Shown: piece after piece, positions 1 through 12,300 of the stretch
Numbering within the stretch: position 1 is the stretch's first letter
Layout of the letters: the number at the start of each line of letters is the position of its first letter
Assembly: GCA_001179505.1 (NCBI GenBank)
Contig: CDMY01000503.1
Span: 1 to 63,463 of the forward strand
Direction: 5' to 3'
Source: Vitrella brassicaformis CCMP3155
Taxonomy: Eukaryota > Protista > Chromerida
Length of the DNA: 63,463 nucleotides
Position numbers and translations under genes: made by a program
Notes under the pieces: model-generated
Told to the model about the DNA's origin: nothing
The model's database searches: none
Seen by the model: only the letters and a program-made list of their open reading frames with translations

Positions 1-6
1 TGTCAG

Positions 7-1736
7 GATTGCCAGCTTGGCAAGACGAACCACTGCGAGCTTGTGAGCTAGGGTAGATTGCTGTGCAACGGAGAGAGAGAGGAGAAGACAAGGAAAGACA
101 AGGAAAGCATTCTGAGGAGACACGACCTTATCAGCCATCACCGAAGTGAGATCTGTGTTGACCACCCTTCATGATGCCATACATGGAGAGATCCTCTATT
201 CAGCTAACTACAGGAAAGGTCCTCACCGGCCTTTTCGCACACTTAGCAGATTGGCCATCAACACACAGACAGACAGACAGACAGAAAAGGTCGACAGACG
301 TGTGTGCCGTCGGTGTTACAACCAACTGCACACACACACCCAGACGCAGCCATCATGCCATGCACGCTGTCGACGTGTGCATCTTGCGTGCGCGGTGCGT
401 GTGTGTACAAACGTCGCGGTTGGATGTGTGGATGGTGAATTATTGCTGCTGCTGACGTCTCTACACGTCTTGTGAACCAACGACCTGCACACAGACACAC
501 CGACAAAGCAATCTCCCCATTCGCGTGCACTTGCATCTCTGACTTGCATCTGTGGTGCATGTGCTCTGAAACCCGCCTCTCCACCCGCAAAAAGCCAAGC
601 CTCACTGCAACGATCGGCAAATGCGAGCTTAGAGATGCGAAAGGAAGGAGGGAACGCAAAGATGCGCAGCAGAGAGGAAGGCCGCACACCCATCGTGGGA
701 ATGTGGATCGAAAAGATGTTGACTCAGATTCGTCCGCCGCAGCCGCAGCTGGAACCAGACCAGCTGTGTGAACGAGTGCTCAAGCTCAGCCCGGTGGACG
801 AAGAAGAAACGAAAATCTGCGATACCGTCAACGGTGCGCACCGCATGCAGCCACACACAGACGGACTGACTGACTGACTGTATGCACGTGTGACGGACTT
901 GATGATGGACTTTCTCCTCTTTGGACTGCAGCCACCATGCCCATATGGCGTTCGATGACGGTGAGCGACCCACAGCAGACCAGACCATCGAGGGCATCCG
1001 AAGAGAGCACATGGATGGATGGATGGACGCGTCTGTATATGTGTGTATGTCTGTGTGTTGTCTGTCGTGCGTGCAGGAGGAAGAGAAGGAGGCCGTGCTG
1101 GAGCAGTTTAGGGAATTCCCAGGTAGGTATCCACATCCACCCAGTGAACGGCTGCATGCCTCATGTGGTCATATGTGCCTGCGTGTGTGTGTGTGTGTGT
1201 GTGTGTATCCAGAATATGCCAGTGAGCAGCACCTCACACACAACATTATCAACACAGACCATTCCCCGCTTTCTGACTGCCCGGCCGGGTATGCCTGTCT
1301 GCCGCAGCTCTCAGCGACGCGCAGAAAGAGGCATTGGGGGACCTGGCCGCTGTGTACAACAGCTGTGCGGCCATCGAGCTCCTTGAGAGGAAGGCTGCAG
1401 CTGCTGCACGACTACCACACAACAGACTGATACGGTGAGTGTGTGTGGGGGTCCGGCCGGTGGGTGTCTTTGCTGCCTGCCTCAGTCAGTCGCCCACCGT
1501 GTGCGCCTGCCTGCGTGTGTGCGTGCAGGTACTTGAGTGACACCTTCAGGTCCCTTCTGTCGTGCACTTCTCCCTCAGCTGAAGCCCCCGCTGCCCCTGA
1601 CGGACCCCTTGAGGAGGAGGAGGAGCTATCGCCCACCGACACACACGTGCACACGGAGCGGTCAGTCAGGTGTAGGAGGCAGCAGAGTAAGCCTGACGAC
1701 AGTAGTAGCAGGAGGCCTCTGCTGCCCGCCAGATAG
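7..1736 (+). CDS. Hypothetical multi-exon protein, 5'-partial (runs off window start)
   Basis: Coding-looking blocks separated by GT..AG microsatellite introns: ~690-833 (MWIEKMLTQIRPPQPQLEPDQLCERVLK), ~1076-1121 (EEEKEAVLEQFREFP), ~1211-1430, ~1530-1635, last block ending at TAG 1736. No recognisable domain; exon chain not fully resolved. Confidence 0.45.
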
Positions 1737-2316
1737 AACAAGGCAAGATTTCCAGACTGACAGACAGACGGACAGACAGACAGTCACATTAGTGGCGGCG
1801 GGCGGACAGTCAGTCGCAAGGCCAGTAGCTGTCCAGACAGGGGCTGGACTGGTTTTTGAGTCAGGGTGGGTGCTGGCTGCATGGGGGATGAGAGTGATGG
1901 AATGAATGGTCTATACTGACTGAGTCAGGTAGTTCGATTGTCGGACTCTGACCCAACAGACGTCTTGTGTCGCGCTGCTCTGTACATCGCTCGTTTGTTA
2001 TTGCTACGCATCGGTGCAGTCCCCCGGGCGCTCGTCTGTGCGATATATGGGCCAACACGCCCTCGACACACACGCACACACGCACGAAGCGAGGAAGGGA
2101 TAGCTACTGAGGCACGCAGAGAGACAGCCAAGCACCAGGGGAGGGCACGATTGGTAGCCATCATACCTGCGTCTCCCTCACATGATATATATATATATAT
2201 ACACACACACACAGGTCAACCCCCTGGGTGAGTATGTCACACATACAGACGCCCTCGACACTCAAAGCCGCCCAGAACAACGCAGAAAAGAGTCAGCCAG
2301 TCAGTCAGTCAGTCGC

Positions 2317-3985
2317 TCAGAACTGAAAAAGTGTAGCTATTTGGCTGATCAGCTGGTTAGCAGCGGAGGTGAGGCGGAGGTTCTCGGCACGCAGAGAGAG
2401 CTCAATGCTGCCGACAGACAAGGCCACTCGATAGCTGCACACATACAACAGACAGACAGGTGAACACACGACGCCTTTCCTCTCGTGTGTGACGCCCTCT
2501 CCCTCACTCACCGCGTGACGTCACTCTTGTTGCCGTCGGTCTTGGGCGGCAAAACGGCCGTGATCTTGCCCTCAAGACCATTGTATTCCGGCCGGGTCAC
2601 CACACCACACACCCACACGTCACTCTGGACGCCAAACGACACACCAGACCTGACACACACACACACACACAGACCAACAGGACACTCACTCACTGACTCA
2701 CTGGTGCATTGTCCTCTTCCTGAGTCATCCCACCCACCCACCCGATCTGTTGGCGCGTCACGCGCGAGATGGACTTCTGACAGCCGGTGACCCGGGCGTC
2801 GGCGTGGCGCAGAACCGCTCGCGCGTCCTCCACGTCTCTGTCCCACTTGAAGGCCTCTGCTATCGCCTCGGGTGTCTTGTGGACGGTGGCCACGCGCTTC
2901 CAGGCCTTTTCCAGCTCATCCCGAGCCGCGAAAAGCCCAAATTGGAAGATGGTCTGATGCTCCTGCAGCTTTTCGAGGGTGTCGAGGTTGTCGGGGTTGA
3001 TATAGGGGGCGAGGCCGGTGAATGCTTGCACAGAACAGTAGTTGGCGAGCCAGGTGGCGACAGTGCCGTCCGCCTCCTCGACGCTCACATTGCGGAACGG
3101 GCCGCCCTCAGGCTCCGGGCTGAGGGTGGGCGAGGGTGTTGTGGGCCTCTGAATCCGCTCAAAGAGAGTGCACTTCTGCAAACACATACACATACACAGA
3201 CACATACACACCGACGGAGCCGTCCGTCCGTCCGCTCACTCGCTCACTTTGCGGCAGACAGGGCAAGGAAAGCTTCCATCATGTAGCGAAGAGATCATGG
3301 TGCCGCGTGTCGTCATGTTCTTGAGATCTGACCAAGAAGATACCTCGCCCTTCAGGCACTGCAGCCAGTCAGCCAACCAACCAACCAACCAACAAAGCAC
3401 TCAGGCAGGCACGTCTGTGTTCATTCGCGCATTTCCTCACCTCAAAGCAGAAATAGTGATTGCATTTCATCGTCACGAGGTCCGTCTTGCCGGCGAACGG
3501 TTCGCAGCAGATGAGGGATGGTGTAGCGCTTGGGCAGCGTGTAGACCACCGTAGCCATTGACGAACGAACTGCTGCACACAAGCAGCCGACGCACAGCTA
3601 TACGTTAGGGGATAGTGGACGGCATGTGCAACCGTCACCTGATGACGAGCGTGATGCGGCGGCCGACGAGAGGCGAAAGCAAAACCGAACCTGACAGCCA
3701 CCTGCCGACGGACACACACCCTGCCACACACATACACACACACGCATGGAATGCCACACGAGGATCCATGCGTCGTGCACGTGTGTCCGATCTCACCTGC
3801 TGGCTGCGGAGTCCGACGCAGCCCAGCAGCACTTGCACAACGCGCTGACAGTCAGCGCACATGACATCTCTTTTTGCCACAAAAGAGCACGCACACATCG
3901 GCGGATGGGTACGTGGACCCGCCTTTGCATCACTCGTGCATTGCTTTACCTGATAGACAAGCGATGGAATCGGCGCAATTCTTGA
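2317..3985 (-). CDS. RING-finger-like protein (putative E3 ubiquitin ligase), multi-exon; start uncertain
   Basis: Joining exons ~3441-3570 and 3248-3358 gives ICCEPFAGKTDLVTMKCNHYFCFE|CLKGEVSSW...FPCPVCRK, a C3HC4-like pattern. Downstream exons ~2760-3180, ~2510-2630 and 2317-2413 are open and phase-compatible where checked. Confidence 0.7.
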
Positions 3986-4056
3986 GCTCCCTTCTCGTGA
4001 CCTTCTCGTACCCTTCTCAAAGACGATACCGAGAAGTCAACAGCATGTGGCGTGCA

Positions 4057-4128
4057 GCTTCCATAGCTCAGTGGTAGAGCGTACGCTTAGTAAGCGTAAG
4101 GCCGTGAGTTCGAAACTCACTGGAAGCT
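4057..4128 (+). tRNA. trnT(AGT): tRNA-Thr, anticodon AGT, intronless
   Basis: Full cloverleaf: acceptor GCTTCCA/TGGAAGC, D arm GCTC/GAGC, anticodon arm TACGC-TTAGTAA-GCGTA, T arm GTGAG-TTCGAAA-CTCAC. A T4 run (Pol III terminator-like) follows at ~4130. Confidence 0.97.
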
Positions 4129-4686
4129 CTTTACTGCTGTCGCTGGTGATAGTGTTTGTTTGACTGACCTGTGACTCTCCGTGTTTGTCTGACCATCTCT
4201 CTTTTGTCGAGTCATGCTTCCGCCATAGCTAGACCTCAAGATTTGTTTTCCATTCTTTGTCATCGGTTCCTGGCCGGCCAGGTGAAGGAGTGACTGACTG
4301 TCAGCCTGGCTGGCATCCTGGAATCGTGTCACAACGTATGTGCCGATCCGATCGGCTCACGGTGTGTGTAGAAGCCCGCGACCACAAATATCCGCCCGTG
4401 ACAATCATGCATATCTGTCTGTCTCTGTCAAACCACCTCATGCAATTCCCTCCTCCCTCCCTCCCTACTCACTCCCACTCGACTCGGCCGCATAAATGCC
4501 GTCTGTCTGCATTCATTGTGTGTACGTGCTTGAAAGTAACCTCAACGAATCATTCATTCACTCACTCGCTCGCTCATTCTTACAAATACACAAACAAAAC
4601 ACATTACACTCATACGTGGGTGGCCCTCACTCACCTACAGGCGAACATCTGTCTGGTGGTATCTATAGTACAGACCCCTCCCTCCC

Positions 4687-6314
4687 TCACCCCCTGCTGT
4701 CTGTTTCGTTCCCCCTCGTCGAGAGCGATTTCAAGCCCCTGAAGTGCGGCTTGAGCGGCACACCGGATGCCGCAGGCGCCAACAGGCCACTGCTGTGCTC
4801 ACTCGTGCTGGACACCCGGCCGTCATGTGACGAGTGGGCAGACATGCCCCCGTCCTGCCTGACAGCAGCCGAACCCGCATCGAGAAACCGCCGCTGCAGA
4901 CCACTGCCCTCATTGCTGTCGTGGTTCGCCGTGGGCGGCGGCTGGTCAACCACCGAGGTTGACAGGTAGTTGCCCATGCGCCAGTAGAGCCGCTCGTGAA
5001 TTGCCCTCCCTTGCGAGATCCTCTTGTGCCGGTGCACTGGGCTGGGCACACTGGCGGCCGGATGGGGACGTGACGGCGAGGGTGCAGAGGGGAGGGCACC
5101 GATGGGTGGCATCGACGGCGGCAGGGGCGGCCGACTGTGCCGGTGCGGGGCCTCGCGATGATCCGCCCTCCTCCCAGTGCTCACCACAGGGGACAGATCG
5201 CCCACAATCCTCGGGAGAGCTATAGAGGCCACGTCGGCACGCTGAGGAGAAGAACGGTCCGCCGAGTGCCGCCGACGCCGGGCATCACTCATGAGTGGGA
5301 AGGTATGGTTGAGAATCGGGCTGGCATCGGGTGCATCCGTCCACCGCGGTGCGGGGCTGGCGGGGGTAGATCTGGCAAGCCGCCACGGTGCCAGCTGCGG
5401 TGAGGACAGCAGTGAGGGAGAGGGGGACTGGTCGCCAGCAGCAACCAAGGCTTCGAACAGCTGCAGACACACACAGAGGCATCACACGATACTGGCTTGG
5501 TGACCGTGTCATGTTTGTACCTGTTTTGCTTCGCGGAACGGAATCCCTTGTGAGCTGCTGGCAGGTGAGGGCGCCTCCCCACAGTCGGTGCCGGTGCGGC
5601 AGCTCTCGGCGCCCTCCGATTTCCGCCGCTCTCTGGGCCTGGGTGGGTCCATCTGCCGCTGCTGCGGTGGTGACCCGCTGGCGCGCCCCCTCTCCCACAA
5701 CATGCGCTGAAGCAGAGGGATGAAGCTCTCGGACGAGCGGTCTTCGCCACGGATCTTCTCGTAGAGGCGGGAGAACACCTTGTCCCTGTCAGAGGCCTTC
5801 TTGGACGAGTAGAGGCGCATGTAGTGCTCTATCATCTCTATGTGGTGCTGCTCCCGCTGGGTGCGAAAGAACAGCTGCTCCTGACTCACAGACACGCAGC
5901 CACCAACCAACACGCACACATCGGCGCTTGGGCATACACACAGCGAGGAGAGTGCTGTCTGGCGCACCAGGCTCTCAGTAGAGTTGGGATGCTGCAGCTT
6001 CTCGCGAGCCTTCGCGTGTTCTTCCCTCTCATGACGCGCTGCAGCACACAGTGGCAGATCCATCACGCCTTAGTGCCTCATGAATGCAATGAGTGCTCGT
6101 CTGTGTAACTAGGTGGCAAGTTGGCACCTTGATTCTGTTGCTGCTGGCGGAAGCCTTCGGGGTTGAGGGCGCTGGACGAGGTGTGCTCATCCTTCCGCTC
6201 GAACAGGGCCCTCAGCTTGCGGACGTCAGCTTTCTGCTCCTCCTCGCCATTGTCCTCGTCTTCCTCCGCATCGACACCCACATTGGCCTCATCACCACCG
6301 CCGTCAGCCATCAT
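4687..6314 (-). CDS. Hypothetical protein, about 4 exons; acidic/coiled-coil N-terminus and Pro/Ser-rich C-terminus
   Basis: Blocks 6314-~6110 (MMADGGGDEANVG...), ~6035-5980, ~5880-5520 (EQLFFRTQREQHHIEM...VFSRLYEK) and ~5460-4687, flanked by GT/AG and microsatellite introns. No family recognised. Confidence 0.6.
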
Positions 6315-6507
6315 CCATATCTCTATTCAGCCCTTTTTGCTGATCGCCAACATTTGCGAGCTATGTAGGGCGGCAGATCTTGGCGTGTCAAGGAGAGCGA
6401 AGAAGAGGCTGCAGACGTGTGTAGCAGCAAGTAGGAAGCACGATGGCAGCACAAAGGCTGACAGCTTGATTTTCGTTGCTGTGCTTGCTGCGGTTGTTGT
6501 TGGCAGG

Positions 6508-8792
6508 ATGGCAGGGGCAGTCGTGGAGCTGGGCGAATACATCGTCAGGGGTCAGTCAGAACGCGCAGAGCACAGCAACACAAGAAGGATGGACACGTGA
6601 GCCTTTCTTCCCTCTCTCTCTTCTCATTCTGTGTTGCATCTGCCCACCCACCCACCCATCCTCCTTCACTCACTCACTGTCCACACAGAGTCTCACAATC
6701 CCGAGAATCTGCATGCGGTCGAGTTGGCCGACGAGATGAACAACATCCTGACGGCCATGAAGCTGGCGTGCAAGGTCATCAACCGGGAGATATCCAAGGC
6801 CAACACATACGGGGTGGACACCACCAGGTCGGGGCTCGCAGAGGACATGCCCTCACTCGCCAACAGGCGCTTCCTCGACGCCATGGTCAACAGAGAGGTC
6901 AGTGAGTGAGTGGGTGAGTAGAGAGGGGGGCGTCCTGTGACCACGAATCGACTTGTGTGCCTTGCGCGTCTGTCTTAGGTGGTTGCGGGCATTGCCACAG
7001 CGTTCCTTGACGACTTTGTGGCCATCCCCAACTGCAAAAACAAGGGGTGAGGGGCAACCCAGGACACACAGCAGGCATGCACAGTGAACAAACAAGAAAG
7101 ACACTTCTGATGCTTTCTTTGTCTCGATCAACAGGTTGGTGCTGCTGATCCATCCGCTGGACGGCAGTCGGCAGATCGATCTCAACGTGTCGGTCGGGAC
7201 GCTATTCTCCATCTACAAGAGGTTAACACTGCGCAGCACAGCACAATGACACTTACGAGGGCCAAGGGGCCACGTATCGGGGTGTGTTGATTGATTGCTT
7301 CAGAGTGACCAAGAAGGGCGACCCCGTTGAGTTGCGTGACTTCCTACAGCCGGGGTGCAACCAGGTGTGCGCCGGATACGTCATCTATGGCTCATCAACC
7401 ATGATGGTATGTATCCCAAGCACACACACACACACACACACATGCTTAAAAGCAGCCCTTCCCCACTCTCTGTTTGGCCGCTGATATGTGCAGGTGTTCA
7501 CGATGGGCAAGGGCGTCACCGGATTCACTCTCGTGAGCAACTCATGCCATATGCCGACACTGACACCCCCCCTCACCCACACCTACTCATTGAGTCTCTT
7601 CATGGGCATGGGTGGGATGCGTGTGTGCATGTAGGACCCGAGTCTGGGGACGTTGTATCTGTCCCATCCGCGCGTCAAGATCCCCCAGGACGGCAAAATC
7701 TACTCGGTCAACGGCGGCAAACGCAGGAGATTCCCAAAGGGCGTCACCGAATACATCGGTAGGAGGGCAGGGCAACAAACACACGGACGGGAGAGCAGCG
7801 GATGGATGGACCCTATGTGTGTGAGCGTCTGTGTGTGATCAGATTACTGCCAGGATCGTGCATTCTCTCTGCGCTACATCGGGTCGCCCATCGCAGGTCA
7901 CCCACACAGGAGGGACCACAGGGGGGGAGCGAACGGTGGCTTCATGTGCCTGTGCACGTGTGCGTGTGTGTGGATCAGATTTCCACCGGAACTTGCTCAA
8001 GGGCGGCATCTACGTAAGATCGATGGACACATCGACATGGCCTTTCTGTACTGCCCGCCAGAATATTCAGCTATCTCCCTTTCTGTGATCCTTCCTGTGT
8101 GTTTAGATCTATCCCCCCGTGAGCCATCCACACACAACATCTGTGGCTGTCGCACCACACAACGCAAAAACCACACAGCCAACAATACCCTCTGTTCGTC
8201 GGCCATTCGTATTGTTTGTGTGCAGACGTTTGTGGACCCGAAGCCGTCTGTGTCGATGGTGTTTCAGTGCAACCCCCTCTCATTCCTTGTCGAACAGGCC
8301 GGAGGCAAAGCCAGCGACGGGTGGGGTGGGTGGGGGGGCAAACACGACACGGACGAATGGATGGATGCATTGTGGTGACCCTTGTATGTCATATCGATGT
8401 GTGTGTGTGTGTGTGTGTGTGGTGTCAGGTTCACGCGCATCCTGGACATCGAGCCGACGGCACTGCACGACCGCATCCCATTCATCTGCGGTGGGTCAAC
8501 GACTTGGGGCGTGTCGAGCCATTGCATGCATCCATTTGTGTGTGAGCGTCTGTGTCTGTGTGTGTGTGTGTGCGTCAGGGAGCCCACTGATGGTCGAGAA
8601 GGCCGAGGGTTTCATGGCCAGAAGTGAGCGAGACACACACAGATGCACACAGACACCCACAATCGATGGATGTAACGGATTCTGCTGTCGCGCCCCCCTG
8701 CACCTGTGTGTGTGTGTGTCTGTGTCGCAGAGAAGATGGCCGACGGTGGCTGGTGCTTCTCGAGGCAGCCGGCGGTCAACGGTAAGAAATGA
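6508..8792 (+). CDS. fbp: Fructose-1,6-bisphosphatase class I homologue (E. coli/Bacteroidetes-like lineage), probably catalytically inactive; about 14 exons
   Basis: Spliced product contains [23 protein letters not shown], [46 protein letters not shown] and [23 protein letters not shown], collinear with E. coli Fbp. No N-terminal targeting extension seen. Confidence 0.92.
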
Positions 8793-9361
8793 GGTGTCAG
8801 CCGCTCGTCCCTCTTCAATCCATTTTTCTCCGAAATGCAAGACAAGACGAGACGATGCGGCCACACATCCAATGGATATGCGGTGGCCTTGTGACGTGAT
8901 GCCTGGACTGGCAGGGAGGGAGGGATGGGGGAATGGAAGCCGAGTGCCTGTCGTGTGCACTTGTCTGCTGCCTATTTTTGACATGCATGCGAGCCTGTGT
9001 GCCATTACGTCTGTGTGCGTGTTGGAGGGCATTATTTCTCATCGGGGGGCTTATTTCCTGGCGTGGCGACAAGGGCATCGCGATGCGGTTGGGCGTGTCC
9101 ACGTTGGATAGTATGTGGCTGGCGAACCGACCTGTGTACAATTTTGACTGACTCAATGGACAGAGTCATGGAAAGCGTCACCACGATGTCCATCCAGTAC
9201 AGCCGATGATGACCGACCTAAAGGAAGACATAACGATGCCGAAATAATGCCTGACTGACTGACTGACTGCATCCAGCACACATCGGTCGATCAAGATAGA
9301 GGCACATGCACACTGCGAAAGCACATGCACTAATCGCCAACACCAGCACCAACACAAAAAC

Positions 9362-12300
9362 TTACTCTCCACTACCCTCCTCTGTCGGAGCAATCCCAAG
9401 CCACTTCTGTATCCTCTCTAATAGGCTCATGAAGAAGGGCGGCGACGGATTCGACAGCACATCTGACATCGGGGGCTTGGGAATGGCCTCAGTATGCAGG
9501 GTCGCCTCGGGGAACGCCCTCCTGAACCGCCTCAAATCTGTCATCAGAGCCTCTTTCTTCCTTCTGCGTCTCTCGTCAGGCCCTTCAGCTGTTCCCGCAT
9601 ATTCAGCCATGGCCTTGACCTTCCTCTCCTCCCCCTCTCCATAGAGATTCCTCCTCGTCCTCAGCGAGACCTCCCTCACAGTCGACATATCTTCGGTGCG
9701 GACTTCGAACATATCCTCATCTCGCTTCTGCCACTGCTGGGCGATGTGGTGGTCGTGTCTCCGCCTGAAGGCCGCCTGGCGAGTGTCCTCGGCTATGTCG
9801 GGCAGCCGTGTGGGCACGTAGATGTTTCTGGGCATGTGGTACTCGTATTCCTGCAGGTAGAGGGCGGCTGCATGCACTGCCAAGCGAGTCAGCTCCTGAC
9901 ACAGGCATAAACACAGCAGCAGGACAAGTAGGAGCTTCCGTGTAGCCCGTCTCTTCCAGGTCGTTACCTTGGTGGGGTCTTCTTCAGGCTGTGCCTCCTC
10001 TCTCTGTGGCAGCAGGCTCATGTCGGTGTCTCGCTCATCCGGGAACCGCAGCACACTGTTTGCCCATGCATACGGGATGCGGTGCCGCACGTCAGCGTCG
10101 ATCAGCTGCTCTACTGGCGTCTCTCCTCCCTCCTCACCCCCTTCATACGGTGCCGTATCCCCCTCGCCATCCCCTTCTTGTTTGAATCCCATGGGATCGT
10201 CGTGGTACAAATCACGTACATTGAGCATCACCTCGTCCAGGATGTCCCGCAGGGGAGACAGCACATCGTAGGATGGTGAGAGGCCCGCCGACTGCAGGTA
10301 TTCGACGTAAGCTTCCACACTGTCCATCGACCATATCCGCGGGTCCAGGGTCAGCCGCAAAAGACACGCAAACGCCTGTAGTTGATGAGTGAATCGCACA
10401 TATACAGCAGAGAGGGAGACATAAGGGATTGTGGTACCGACTCACCTTTTTCAGCTCCATTTTCGGCCCTGCGTTGTCAAGGGCATGCTGAAGGTTGTTC
10501 AGGGGACCTGAGCGCATACAAAGAGGGATGCAGCACATGAGTCGAATCGAGTATGCCGCAAGCGCACCTTGAGAGACGCCAAGTTTCTCGAGCACCACAA
10601 GGGCCTTCCTGCTCATCGGCCGTGTCCTGAGGTTCCACTTCAGCCTGGAGCCCCTCCTCCTCCATCAATGCCGCCGCCTGCTCGTCAATGCGAGTGGGCC
10701 ATTCTGCACCCTCTCCCTCCTGGCCTTCGCTGTAGAAAGGCAAATGGCCAGATAAATGAGACACTGAGATACAAGCCAAAAGGTGTCCTACGTCTGTATC
10801 AATGCCCTCGGGCATAAGCATTGGGGCGTCGGGGGCCAGGTCGACCTTGCGAATGGCCCTCCCGACATAGTGGAGATATGGCAGCCGCTCCAGCAGGCGG
10901 ACAACGATTCGTTGAGCGCGCAAGAGAAAGCTGCAAAAGAAGAGGAAGCCCAGGGGAGTGCGCTATGAAGTGTGTTCGACGCCGCTTACCCCATTTCAAG
11001 AGCTAGTGCGAGCACATGGGCTCCAAATACGGTCCAGAGGATGACGGCCACGGTGTAGCTGATGCCCTCCTGAGTGTGAGTCTGCCACGATAAGCTGAAG
11101 AAGAAACCGCCAAACTCGGCCGATATCAGACCAAACACTCGGCACCTGCTCGCATGGATCAAGAGACACAAACACGAAGAAATGGGTCGATACTAAGACT
11201 GCCCGCATGATGCACGTACCCTTCCAGAAGAGCCAGCAGATGACGGTGCATTGGGGCAAACGGAGCAATACTGCCGCACGGAAAGAAAGTACACACTCAC
11301 GTGTGCAGACCACTTTCGTATGCCTCACTTGATGAGTATGAGCGCATATGCGATGGTGAGTGTCATCCCCGCCACCCACTGTGCAGCCCTCCGCTCCTCA
11401 GAGTAGAACACCACTATCAGCAGCAGCCGGTGAACCAGGACGAGGGCTAGGTGAACTGGCCAGGCGGATACTCCTGGTAACCCTGCCACACCCATCCCAC
11501 AAATGCACGCCACCTGAACGAACACAGAACAGAAGGTGAGAAATCGTCTTCGCGTTTCGTTGGTTGTCGCTTTCCTTACTTGTCGTCAGCAGCCATTGTG
11601 TTGCGGTATCTGGCGAGGATGGCTATGTGTATGGTGGGAATGAGGACAGTCCAGATAAACAGGCCGGCGTACGCATAGGTGACCACTCCACCGTGGGGGT
11701 CCTGACCACACAACTGGACGGACAGACGGACAGCGAGACATGCTATCGGAGCATCTTATGTACGCACGTGTCTCTCTTTTCATCTTTACCCTGTCAAAAT
11801 CCGGCACTAAATGCACCTCATCGGTCGACGTCAGCCGCCGACAGCGAAACACCTCTATAAAATACCTGAGCAACCATAACAAACAAGGCCCGTCCGATTC
11901 ATACGAACAAGCAGTTGCGCACCTGGTGAGCATAGCATAGCACGAGTACAGGAGCAACAGGAAGGCCCCACACGTGACCACACGATACCTCAGCCTCTCC
12001 CTCTGACGCCTCTTCATACCCGTCGCCCCGCCACCCTCCCCCTCACCCCCAGCCTCAAGCCGCCGCCGCCTCATCCACTGACGCTCCTTACGCGCAAAGG
12101 GGAAGGCGAACGGAGGCACCAGGGGCGTCCCGGACTCCTTAATGGCGTGTCGAACGACATATGAAGATGCCACTGCTGCCGCCATGGCAGCAAGGGCAAG
12201 GGGAAAGAATGCGGTGATCTGGACTTTGGTCAGGAAGGGAGAGCCGCCATCCGACGGCTGCAGGGGAGACAAATGCACCTTAGTGAGAAAAACAGGTGTC

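Noticed and set aside
3548-3559. ACCGTAGCCATT, matching the start of the dinoflagellate spliced leader
   Set aside because: Only 12 nt match, it diverges before TTGGCTCAAG, and it is the antisense of a coding exon (QWLR); consistent with chance.
6508-8792. E. coli-like fbp as bacterial contamination or recent HGT
   Set aside because: It is split by about 13 host-style introns, so it is a long-resident nuclear gene.
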